A stretch of DNA of 63,882 bases, filler included, from Octopus bimaculoides (taxonomy: Eukaryota), in assembly GCF_001194135.2 (NCBI RefSeq). It is 7 parts of 7 records of this genome, joined end to end, with 100 filler letters (N's around TTAATTAATTAA, not from the genome) between each part and the next. Parts side by side here need not be neighbours in the genome. Positions count along the whole stretch, not along the records: positions 19,861 to 35,378 come from NC_068981.1; 6 more parts are not named here. One strand, 5' to 3'. The notes beneath the pieces are model-generated. The model made no database searches. It was not told the DNA's origin and worked only from the letters and a program-made list of their open reading frames with translations. Positions within the stretch are counted from its first letter, which is position 1, and each line of letters starts with the position of its first letter. Position numbers and translations under genes: made by a program. This document shows positions 23,499 through 34,830 of this stretch, piece by piece.

Positions 23499-23547
23499 CT
23501 ATAAAAAATAAAAAATAAAAATAATCACAAAAACAAAGAATTACACA

Positions 23548-23596
<49 letters not shown>

Positions 23597-23597
<1 letters not shown>

Positions 23598-23877
23598 AGA
23601 AAATGAGATGACAAATGAATAAACAATTATCTTATGAACACCATTAACTAACAGCTGTTTTTGGTATAAGGCACTCATAGTTGAGTGTCTTGTAGCTTCA
23701 TTGGACCATTGAATATGAAGCACAAATTGCACTTCATATTCGAGGCTCTGATGGAGCTGTTAGGTGTTACTCAGGTACTCGACTATGAGACCACTGCATC
23801 TTATATAGCAGAAACAGTTGTATGCTAATGAACTTCACAGCATAGTTGGTTTCTTCCCTGGGTCATCTCATTTTCTT
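23597..23877. repeat. Imperfect ~280-bp palindrome containing a hammerhead-like unit
   Basis: Arms 23597-23720 and 23732-23877 with an 11-nt spacer. The centre GAATATGAAG/CTTCATATTC and the outer ends AAGAAAATGAGATGAC/GTCATCTCATTTTCTT are perfect. Confidence 0.85.
23744..23826 (+). ncRNA. Degenerate type I hammerhead-like motif, same family as 19619
   Basis: GGCT-CTGATGG-A-GCTGT...ATAGC-A-GAAA-CAGTTG-TA-TGCT, with substitutions in the core and stem I. Confidence 0.45.
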
Positions 23878-23970
23878 GTTACTGTGCTCTGCTTGACTAA
23901 CACTTTGGTCTGAAGCATACATATATTGAGTTCTACACCAGGTGTATTGCATACATACATACATATATAT

Positions 23971-24002
<32 letters not shown>

Positions 24003-24005
24003 CCC

Positions 24006-25185
24006 ATAAGAATAGCCTGGGCAAAGTTCAGAGAGCTCTTACCTCTGCTGGTGACAAAGGGCCTCTCACTCAGAGTAAAAGGTAGACTGTATGACGCGTG
24101 TGTACGAACAGCCATGCTACATGGCAGTGAAATATGGCCCATGACTGCTGAGGACATGCGTAAGCTCGAAAGGAATGAAGCCAGTATGCTCTGATGGATG
24201 TGTAATGTCAGTGTGCATACTCGACAGAGTGTAAGTACCTTGAGAGAAAAATTGGACCTAAGGAGCATCAGTTGTGGTGTGCAAGAGACGACTGCGTTGG
24301 TATGGACATGTGGCAAGAATGGGTGAGGATAGCTGTGTGAAAAAGTGCCACACCCTAGTGGTTGAGGGAACCCGTGGAAGAGGCAGGCCCAGGAAGACCT
24401 GGGATGAGGTGGTGAAGCACGACCTTCGAACATTGGGCCTCACCGAGGCAATGACTTGTGACCGAGACCTTTGGAAATATGCTGTGCGTGAGAAGACCTG
24501 GCAAGCCAAATGAGATCTAAATCCAAGGCCTCTGCCAAGGATGTAGCCAGCCCACTTATGCGTACCTTTCCTTCGTTGAACACTAAACTCCGCTTGTGAA
24601 GACATTTTGAGGCAAGTGAAATCGAAACCGAACTAAATTTGTAGACTGGCACCCATGCTAATGTCTCTTTCATTGAACACTAAACTCGGCTTGTTGGGGC
24701 AAGCGAAAGTGAAATCGTGATGGCACCTGTGCCAGTGGAGCGCTAAGAGCACCATTCGAGCGTGATCGTTACCAGCATCGCCTTCCTGGCACTTGTTCCG
24801 GTGGCCCGTGAAAAGCCATTCGAGCGAGATCATTGCCAGTGCCACTGAACTTCCTTATCCACCCAAAAAACCTTCTCTTTACTGACTTTTCCTCTAACTT
24901 GGGAGTATGCCCTGATACATCATCACCACTATCTTTTCTCTCTATCATAGTTTAACCCCCCCCCCCTCATCACCTGGTATAAAGCCACCTCCCTCACTGG
25001 TGCTGGTGCTACATAAAAAGCACCCAGTCCACACTCTGTAAACGGGTTGCTGTTAGAAAGGGCATCCAGCCATAGAAACCATGCCAAAACAGATGACTGG
25101 AGTTTTGTGCAGTCTCCTTGCTCATGAGATCCTGTTTTCCAACCTGGAAAACAGACATTAAATGATAATGATGATGGGGATGATG
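24006..25185 (+). mobile_element. 5'-truncated RTE-clade LINE: ORF end, 3' UTR and (ATG)n tail
   Basis: IRIAWAKFRELLPLL...RLYDACVRTAMLHGSE...RRLRWYGHVARM...RGRGRPRKTWDEVV...DRDLWK with one stop and one frameshift, stop at 24511-24513. UTR with GTGGC repeat units to about 24850, and a tail at about 24995-25185 after an interruption. Confidence 0.92.
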
Positions 25186-26254
25186 ATGACATATTATGTT
25201 TCCTTTGAGATTTATTAAAAATTTTTTCCTTTGCAGAATTCAAACCAGACCTTAAAAAAAAATAGCAAAGCTCCTTTGATTAAGTCAAAACAACTCTTGA
25301 CGTTTATGGTTACCTGAACTGCATATGTGCATGTTCTGTGCACATTGTGTGTGTGTGTGTGTGTGTAAATTGCACATATGGTTGTAATTGTCATGATAGA
25401 ACACAAGAGTGTATATTTCATGACAGTTTATATGTGTGGGTGTGTATTCATGTATTCTGTATCTATGTGTGATCGTGTTCATAAGTTCAGCTAGGGACCT
25501 CAAATGGAGAATCCCTAAATTGTTTTACAAATGTGTGTATGTGTGTGAGTATATATATATATATATATATATATATATNNNNNNNNNNNNNNNNNNNNNN
25601 NNNNNNNNNNNNNNNNNNNNNNNNNNNNNNNNNNNNNNNNNNNNNNNNNNNNNNNNNNNNNNNNNNNNNNNNNNNNNNNNNNNNNNNNNNNNNNNNNNNN
25701 NNNNNNNNNNNNNNNNNNNNNNNNNNNNNNNNNNNNNNNNNNNNNNNNNNNNNNNNNNNNNNNNNNNNNNNNNNNNNNNNNNNNNNNNNNNNNNNNNNNN
25801 NNNNNNNNNNNNNNNNNNNNNNNNNNNNNNNNNNNNNNNNNNNNNNNNNNNNNNNNNNNNNNNNNNNNNNNNNNNNNNNNNNNNNNNNNNNNNNNNNNNN
25901 NNNNNNNNNNNNNNNNNNNNNNNNNNNNNNNNNNNNNNNNNNNNNNNNNNNNNNNNNNNNNNNNNNNNNNNNNNNNNNNNNNNNNNNNNNNNNNNNNNNN
26001 NNNNNNNNNNNNNNNNNNNNNNNNNNNNNNNNNNNNNNNNNNNNNNNNNNNNNNNNNNNNNNNNNNNNNNNNNNNNNNNNNNNNNNNNNNNNNNNNNNNN
26101 NNNNNNNNNNNNNNNNNNNNNNNNNNNNNNNNNNNNNNNNNNNNNNNNNNNNNNNNNNNNNNNNNNNNNNNNNNNNNNNNNNNNNNNNNNNNNNNNNNNN
26201 NNNNNNNNNNNNNNNNNNNNNNNNNNNNNNNNNNNNNNNNNNNNNNNNNNNNNN

Positions 26255-26535
26255 ATATTTTTTTTTTAAGTTTCAGCTTAGAGCTGCGGCCACGCTGATG
26301 CACCACCGTGTTGCTACACTGTTATTACAGGGAGCCTCTTACAATATGTGGCACTTGGTGAAGAATGGAGTTTGATTTAGCAACCCTCATTTGGACTCTC
26401 GATAGGAAGAGGTCCAGCTTTGATTTAAAAACTCCTACATCTACTTTGTGCAGATTCCTCAGGCTCTTTGGGAGAATATTAAAAAGCTGTGGGCCCCTGA
26501 ATCCCAAGCTGTTGCAGTAACTGGTCCTGAAGCAT
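26255..26535 (-). mobile_element. CR1/L2-group LINE 3' end
   Basis: FRTSYCNSLGFRGPQLFNILPKSLRNL...FKSKLDLFLS is a typical C-terminal motif, followed by ...GCGTGGCCGCAGCTCTAAGCTGAAAC and an A-rich end. Confidence 0.8.
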
Positions 26536-27199
26536 ATATAGGACCGTGGTACAACAATGCACCAATATTTACTGGAAATAGCAGTTGATAATACATGACA
26601 CTATAGCTTCACTATAAATATATACTGGCAAAGATGTTTGCAGGTGGCGAACATAAAAAATTTCATCTTACTTGTAGGAAGAACTTTAAATGAATGTATG
26701 CCCCAGATGTGGATAATGTAGGTTTTGAACTTTCTAAATTAAGTTTGTTAATGTAAATTTGATTAGTTCTCTTCGGCTAGATTCACTTAGACAAACTTTC
26801 AAATGTCGCTACATCAAAGCCAGCATTTACTCGTCTGAACGCTTGGCTGTTAACAGACTGAGAACAGTGAAAAAGTTTCCAGAGAAAATTTATTAAATAG
26901 TGCCAGACATTAGTATTGCTTCCCAGTAAAACAAAGCACCATCAGGTTAAAAGTATAAATATAGGATAGTGGTACAACAATGCACCAATATTTACTAGAA
27001 ATAGCAGTCGATAATATACGATGCTATAGTAAAGCTTCACTGTATAAATATACTGGAAAAATGTTAGTTTTGAGTAGTGAAAGCATTTCACCCTCCATAT
27101 ATTTAAGCAGTGATGGGCCAAAAGGCTTTTGGAATTTAACGATACGCCATAAAGCTAAACCCTTTATGGACAGGAAACCTAAGGTAATCCCATAAACCG

Positions 27200-27330
27200 G
27201 CCTGTAGAAACTCTGCCAAATTAGATTGGAGCCTGGTGTTGCCATCTGGTTTCACCAGTCCTCAGTCAAATCGTCCAACCCATGCTAGCATGGAAAGCGG
27301 ACGTTAAACGATGATGATGATGATGATGAT
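27200..27330 (+). mobile_element. Young RTE 3' tail with (ATG)n
   Basis: Nearly identical to 3640-3762. Confidence 0.85.
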
Positions 27331-27384
27331 GACTGCTCTACATCTTAGAGTGTGCTTCTTCTCCGGGTTTATGTTTTCTACAAA

Positions 27385-27427
<43 letters not shown>

Positions 27428-27575
27428 TACAGACACAGATATACATATATGTATAGATATTGAAAAACAAAAAATAAGAAAAAAGCTTTGAGAACTCCAT
27501 CATGGAAAAAAAGTGAAAAGAGTATGAACATTTACATCAAAATAAACAACTGGTTTCAAATGCTTTAAAAACAGG

Positions 27576-29292
27576 ATTTAGTCATGCTGAAATATAATAA
27601 CAAACACATTGAATTAAATTAATCTTTCATGATATCAGATCTGGAAAATCACATGGTTTTCTTACAAAAATCGCATGGTACTGGTTTTTCCTTCTGATTG
27701 CTGTTGGATAGTAGTAGTAGTAGTAGTAGCAGAAGCAGGAGTGGCTGTTAATGAAAGAGACAGCAGGTATGGCTGTCAGCAGAACAGCATCAGGAATGTC
27801 ATTGGCTGTTGTAGTTGTTGGTCTTACTCAGTAGATGTCACTGTGGTAACTCTTTAGCAAAAGCTGCACCAGCATTCATGGTAGTTGTCTTCTTTTTATG
27901 TCACAGATATTTAAACATAGTTGGAATTTGGTTATGAACGTTGTTTTCCAAGTTGAAACATAGCTGCTGAGTTGTGTAATCATCAAATCAATGTAAAGGG
28001 AAAATTGGAAAATTTGGTTCTTTCTTTCTTATAAATGACTCCATTCACTGAGTCCTGTTTGTCTGTATTCCTGTATTTTAATTTACAGGCAATTTTTGCT
28101 CTTGGTGGTTTTTGTTTTTCTTTGTGTGTGTGTGTTGATGGGCGTAGTTTCAAATATATTCATAGAAATCATTAAAACCTTTCGTAGAATGCAGTTACTG
28201 TTGTTTCTTACCATTAATTTGCCATACAGTTCTTCAGGATCTTAATCTTCTGTAGAATTCAGAAATGTTGTCTTTCAGTTTGTTGTTATTTACATTGTAT
28301 ATTAATTAACTGTGTTGTCTTTGATAAATTGATGATTTTTTTCTTGTCTTTTTTTCCCGTCTTGTTTGTATAGTGTGCCACTGAATATCTTTTCCCCTGG
28401 GCAGGATCTAAAAGTGGTTATAGTAATCAAATTGGTCGATGGTGTTAATACAACTTCAATTGCTGTAATTTATAGCATGGTTTTGTTGTATAAGATTCTT
28501 CATTGAAATTTTTTAAAAAATTTATGTTCCATTGGCATATTTTGGGGAGATTTTGGTGATTGTTTGTCATCATGGGAAGGAGATTGCAATGACAACCTTG
28601 AGGGTGGTTATTTCCTTTTCTTTGTTTTTTATTTTTGTGTTTCTTTGGTGAAGTACCATCTCTGGTTCACAGGTAATTAATCAAGTTTGTAGTTGGTCTT
28701 TTATTGAGAATGGAATTGGTTTGCTTTTCTTGCTGGTTGTAGAACTGCATCCATTTGTGATTTTATTTCATTTTCTTCAGTAAAAGATTGTCAGAAACTT
28801 ATTCCTTTTTGAAGATGGTTCCAAAATTCACAAATCTGTCGGCATTTTCTTCTCAGAACTGAAGACTTTTCGGTTCTTTCTTGCTTTGCTCTTTTCACAG
28901 TTTTGAAATGTTTTCCAGGTTTAGGCCTTGAGCTTTTTTTGCTGAATTTTTCGTCAAAGGACTTGCAAACAAGAGAAGCCAAAAATAATTTCAAAAAAAT
29001 CATAAAAGAAAAAATTTACAACACAACAAATTAGTATGCTCTCTCACATTTATGCCAACCTCTTAAAAACACGATTACAACATAATGAAAGACAACATTT
29101 CTGAATTCTACAGAATGTGCTGCTGCTGCTACTGCTACTGCTACTACTATCCAACAGCAATCATAAGGAAAAACCAGTACCATGGGATTCTTATAAGTAA
29201 ATCATGTGATTTTCCAGATCTGATATCATGAAAGATTAATTTAATTCAATTTATTTCAATTTAGTTTTCCTTTTATTTCAGCATGAATAAAT
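27576..29292 (-). mobile_element. Degenerate Penelope-like element with an inverted copy of its 3' end
   Basis: Minus strand has RAKIACKIK and VNGVIYK (28048-28028), like the approach to a GIY-YIG domain. 27576-27738 is repeated in inverted orientation at about 29120-29292, and 28248-28277 is an exact 30-bp inverted match to 29086-29115. Confidence 0.55.
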
Positions 29293-29294
29293 GA

Positions 29295-29920
29295 CTGAGA
29301 CAAGCGATGTTTACATAACTTGGGGCAGTATTCACAAGTTAGGGGAAACAGGGGGGTGAAGTGGATGCTAGAATTGCAGATGCTGGCAAAGTAATGCGCC
29401 AGCTCTAGCATTTGATTCTCAAAAGTGGAGAGATTGGTAAAAATGCCAAACTTACTACCTTCAATCTGGTTTGTGCACCTATTTTCACCTCTTTAAAAGA
29501 GTACGAGTACAAGTAGCCAAAATGGAGTGCCTCTGATGGGTCTCTGAAGTAACATTACTCAAGAGAGAGGGAGAGCAGAGCTTGGAGATCAGAGAGCCTC
29601 TCCAGGTTGAGCCACCACTTCTCAGCATCAAGAGGTCACAGCTCTGGTACTATGGATATGTGATTGGAATGTTGCAGGGAAAAATTGCAAGGTAGATTCT
29701 TCAAGCCAGGTCAACTGGCAAAAGGCCTGGAAGAAGACCAAAAATGAGATGGCAGAATAATGTCCATAGTCTCATCTGGTTATGGCTTGGGAATCCAGCT
29801 GGAAAGAGCCTGCTGAAGGGTGTTTCTGATAGGACCCTATGGAGGAGGAGGAGGTGCCTGAGGGCTCTACTTCAATGACCATTCCAGACATAGAGGGTGG
29901 AGAAGATGGATGGATGGATA
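29295..29920 (+). mobile_element. Second RTE-family LINE 3' fragment with (GGAT)n tail
   Basis: EVDARIADAGKVMRQL... and LEIREPLQVEPPLLSIKRSQLWYYGYV...STGKRPGRRPKMRWQ, with several stops and frameshifts. Confidence 0.8.
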
Positions 29921-30235
29921 AAGCATCTTTTTTAAGTAACTGAAATTGGTAGCATATTCTGATAAAAATGTAAATAATTTCGATTTTTCTACGATGAAGT
30001 TATCAAAGCATTTCCCTTTTTATTTATTTATTTATTTATTTTTTGCTATTTAATATATATTTACTCATGTGAAACCTCTTAATCTATTAAATACATTATT
30101 AGCATTGTTTTAATATTCACTTTTCCATGCTTACATGGGTTGAGTGAAATTTCATAAAGCAGATTTTCTATGGAGACCATATACCCCTCCTGTATCCAAC
30201 TTTCACCTATCTCTGGGTGTGTGTGTGTGTGTGTG

Positions 30236-30286
<51 letters not shown>

Positions 30287-31159
30287 ATGTATGTATATGT
30301 GTATCTTGAGCTGCTTCTAGTACATATTTGAATTTTTTCCGTGGCATGAAATGTTGGGATATGCCAGCAGATGGTGTTTAAACCATTTAGCATATTATTA
30401 GAGTTGGGAATATGGCTTGCAGCAGGCCTTGTTTGGGATGCAGCTTTGGTGAGTCACAACANNNNNNNNNNNNNNNNNNNNNNNNNNNNNNNNNNNNNNN
30501 NNNNNNNNNNNNNNNNNNNNNNNNNNNNNNNNNNNNNNNNNNNNNNNNNNNNNNNNNNNNNNNNNNNNNNNNNNNNNNNNNNNNNNNNNNNNNNNNNNNN
30601 NNNNNNNNNNNNNNNNNNNNNNNNNNNNNNNNNNNNNNNNNNNNNNNNNNNNNNNNNNNNNNNNNNNNNNNNNNNNNNNNNNNNNNNNNNNNNNNNNNNN
30701 NNNNNNNNNNNNNNNNNNNNNNNNNNNNNNNNNNNNNNNNNNNNNNNNNNNNNNNNNNNNNNNNNNNNNNNNNNNNNNNNNNNNNNNNNNNNNNNNNNNN
30801 NNNNNNNNNNNNNNNNNNNNNNNNNNNNNNNNNNNNNNNNNNNNNNNNNNNNNNNNNNNNNNNNNNNNNNNNNNNNNNNNNNNNNNNNNNNNNNNNNNNN
30901 NNNNNNNNNNNNNNNNNNNNNNNNNNNNNNNNNNNNNNNNNNNNNNNNNNNNNNNNNNNNNNNNNNNNNNNNNNNNNNNNNNNNNNNNNNNNNNNNNNNN
31001 NNNNNNNNNNNNNNNNNNNNNNNNNNNNNNNNNNNNNNNNNNNNNNNNNNNNNNNNNNNNNNNNNNNNNNNNNNNNNNNNNNNNNNNNNNNNNNNNNNNN
31101 NNNNNNNNAGAATACTGACACCCACACCTTCACTTGAATAAAACAATGAATTTTTTTTT

Positions 31160-31535
31160 TCTTTTATTCTTTTGTTTCAGTCATTTGACTGCAGCCATGC
31201 TGGAGCACCGCCTTTAGTCGGACAAATCAACCCCAGGACTTATTCTTTGTAAGCCTACTACTTATTCTATTGGTCTCTTTTGCTGAACTGCTAGGTTATG
31301 GGCACGTAAACACATTAACATCGGTTGTCAAGAAATGGTGGAGGGGCAAACACAGACACACAATACATACATACACATATATATATATTACACAATGGGC
31401 TTCTTTCAGTTTCCGTCCACCAAATCCATTCACAAGGTTCTGGTCAACCTGGTGCTATAGTAAAAGACACTTGCCCAAGGTGCCACGCAGTGGGACTGAA
31501 CCTGGAACTATGTGGTTGGGAAGCAAGCTGTTTAC
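31160..31535 (-). mobile_element. SINE family 1, near full length
   Basis: Same three-part structure as 6677-7088. Confidence 0.9.
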
Positions 31536-31697
31536 AATCTTTGATTACATGACCAATCACTTTCAATGTGTCTATTGATTGTGGATAAGAGAGAGAGAGA
31601 GAGAGATGGACAGACAGACAGACAGAGGAAGAGAGTGAGAGAGAAAAAGAGAAAGAATGGAAGAAATATTAAGAAGGTTTGAAAAAGATGAACTCAC

Positions 31698-31808
31698 TGG
31701 GAGAGGAGACAAGTGTTTGGGAAATCTTCGCTCCATTCAATTTCTCCACCAAAACTTTTTTGGATACCAGACACCACACCACTTTTCTTATCAGCAAGAA
31801 TTTTGTGC
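31698..31808 (-). CDS. TBK1: TBK1/IKK-epsilon-like kinase, internal exon A (end of kinase C-lobe)
   Basis: Acceptor ttctttcAG and donor GTgagt. 111 nt, phase 2/2, encoding HKILADKKSGVVSGIQKSFGGEIEWSEDFPNTCLLS. Matches from recall the TBK1 segment [35 protein letters not shown]. TBK1 versus IKBKE cannot be separated here. Confidence 0.92.
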
Positions 31809-32158
31809 CTGAAAGAATTTACAGAAAAGACATTGATTTACGGTTGTTTTGGAGGAGTAAGAAGAAACTGAAAATGGTAAAAAAGGAATAAGTTTAACGA
31901 GCACCTGCAACTGGGATACAAACAGTTCTTACAAATTAATGTTTTATCTGAATGTTAATTAGGGACCCAATTATGGAAGAGAGATAATAGATGGAGGTTA
32001 TTTGGGAGGAAATCAAACATATTATCATCAACATCGTAATTATTATAACGACCTCCATGATCAGCACCATCATAACCCTCATCACCATCAGCAGTAGCAG
32101 TAGCATTACCATCATCACCACCCTGATGATCTTCAACATTATCATCACCATCATTTAA

Positions 32159-32380
32159 CCCCTTTTGTTACTGTATTTCTGTTGAGATGTTCTGTGTTTC
32201 TTTCAATTACTTTAAATATAACAAAGAATTTAGTAAAATAACTTAGTTATCATTCAGCCAGTGTTAGGAACATAAATTCCGACTAAGGTTTGGTGGAAGA
32301 TTTTAATTCAGAACTTTTGAAAACAAGACATTTGTACTACAGAGCCAGAGGTGGTTTCAGCCACGTTGGTAGTGAAAGGG
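32159..32380. mobile_element. piggyBac-like MITE, 222 bp
   Basis: TTAA on both sides (32155-32158 and 32381-32384) and imperfect TIR CCC(C)TTTTGTTAC / GTAGTGAAAGGG. Confidence 0.8.
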
Positions 32381-32944
32381 TTAATGTCCACCTATCTATC
32401 TATCAATCATGCCGACTTGAATAATGGTGGTGCTCCAGCATGGTCACAGCTTTTGGGCTGAACACATAAAAGACTAACATCTAGTTATTTGCTAACTAAG
32501 CTTAATACACTTTAATTTAATGAACTCTAAACACACCCAAGCATCCATCTTTCTATCTTCTATCCATCGATGTATCTATGTGGTTAGATACATTGGCAGG
32601 CAAAAGATACACAAACATTCAAACATCAAAATCTCTAACAACAACTAAACTTTTTTAGTTTGTCAAAATATTCTATTACTAGCTGACTCCATGCCGTCAA
32701 TAATGATGGCTAATTGTATTATTTTATAAACAAAGTGCATAATAATCAGACATACAAACATTCACATACTTTCCTTCTACACGCACATACATACACATAT
32801 ACTCAGACAGAGTTGAAACGCTGATTTTTTTCACCTCTTCCTTTCTCTCACTCCTTCTCAGTCAGGGCTATTACACTCACTACTTCTCCTTCACTGAATT
32901 ACTATTTTCTCTCCTTCTCTGTGGCTGACGTGATTCTGGACAAA

Positions 32945-33672
32945 TATCATCATCATCGTTGTTGTTTAACGTCCGCTTTCCATGCTGGCATGGGTTGAAT
33001 GGTTTGACTAAGGATTGATGAGCCAGAAGGCTGCACCAAGCTCAATCTGATTTGGCAGAGTTTCCACAGCTGGATGCCTTTCCTAACGATAACCACTCCG
33101 AGAGTGTAGTGGGTGCTTTTATGTGCCACCGGCACGAGGGTCAGTCAGGCAGTTCAGGCAACGACCACACTCAAAAGGTGTTTTTTACGTGCTACCTGTA
33201 CAGGAGCCAGTCTGGTGGCACTGGCAACGACCTCACTCGAATGTTGTTTCTCAAGTGCCACTGGCACAAGTTTCGGTAAGGCGACACTGGCAATGATCAC
33301 ACTCGAATGGTGCTTTTCGTGTGTCACCGGCATGGGAGCCAATCTGAGGCCCTGGCAACAATCACGCTCGGATGTGCTTTTAACGTTCTCATTCTGTCAT
33401 TCATTCACAACACATGACCATACCAGCGCAGTCGTCTCTCTTGCACACCACATCTGATGCTTCTTAGATCCAACTTTTCTCCCAGGGCGCTTACACTCTG
33501 TCATGTATGCACACTGACATTACACATCCAGCAGAGCATACTGGCTTCATTCCTTGCAAGCTTACGCATGTCCTCAGCAGTCACGGCCCATGTTTCACAG
33601 CCACGTAACATGGCTGTTTGTACACGTGTCATACAGTCTACTTTTTACTCAGAGGGAGAGGCCCTTTGTCAT
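32945..33672 (-). mobile_element. Internally deleted RTE LINE: ORF piece, UTR tandem units and tail
   Basis: 33394-33672 matches the RTE ORF of 24006-24513. About four GTGGCAC units of roughly 60 bp lie at 33120-33380, then the tail and (ATG)n at 32945. Confidence 0.88.
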
Positions 33673-34830
33673 ACAAATTTATAAAAACACTATTCTCCTT
33701 ATTATATTAGGAGGTTACGTTTCACTATGAAATACCATACAATGGAGACAAACATTGCTGGAATGTGCAAAAATGCACTTTTTGCTTCATCATTTTCATG
33801 TCAAAATAAATATTTTGTGAGGAAAATTATATATCATTTTTAAGCTCTGGATGTGAACTTTCTACTCATCTAGTTTTAATTAAAATCCAACAGTTACATA
33901 ACATGCCAGCATCCCTCAAACACCCTGGTATTTCCATGCATTTACAAAGTTTTCCCATTATTTTGTTATTTTTTGACAGCTGAATGGTAGCCCACGTTCT
34001 ACTTCAATCTGCTCAAACACCATAACTCAAGTTGTGTTAGAAATCGTAATCATGAAAGGGAAGGTTTCTACTTCATTTTGATATAAAAATCGAAGTGGGT
34101 AGGTCAGATAATTGTTATGAAATATAAATGTTGAAATTTCATTGTTAATTTTCACTGAGAAAAGAACATATTTTCTTCAAGATTTTCATATTATAAGAAG
34201 AAAAAAACAAATCTCACAAATTCAATGTGGTCATTGATAATTCTGGCCATTATACGGCAAAAAAAGCACAGAAAATAATGAGGTTGGTGCACTGACCCCT
34301 ATTTTCCAAACTGACAGATTCATGTATGGTGAGAGGTCAAACAGAACACGAATCTCGAGTTTGAGACAGAATTTCAAATAAACATATTTCTACAAGAAAA
34401 TGCTCTAAATTCATCATCATCATCGTTTAATGTCTGTTTTCCATGCTGGCATGGGTGAGTTTAATAAGTCTTCTAGAGCCCAAATTTAGCATGAAATCAT
34501 TGTATTGAGAATGTTGTTTGTCCTTCTCTCTTGCTGTTTTCAAATGTGGAGAGCCAGTAGGATATTCTTGGACATATAAATTTCATTTTTCTTTGAGAAA
34601 TATTGGTGAAATTCTGCCAATAAAAATTATATTATGCAAAGAATATAATTTTGTCTACTGTTAAAATTAGACGTGATCTTAGTTTTTCTAATTTTGAATA
34701 CAGTTGGGATAATTAGTGTCATCATCATCATCATCATAACATAACAATATGTTATGATGATTATTAAAAATTGCCAAAAAAACCCCAGTTTTCTTGCCAA
34801 GAACCTGAAAAAAAAGAGAAGGCAACTACT

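Noticed and set aside
33120-33380. CRISPR-like spaced repeats
   Set aside because: These are diverged tandem units of an RTE 3' UTR in a eukaryote, with no constant repeat plus unique spacer pattern and no cas genes.
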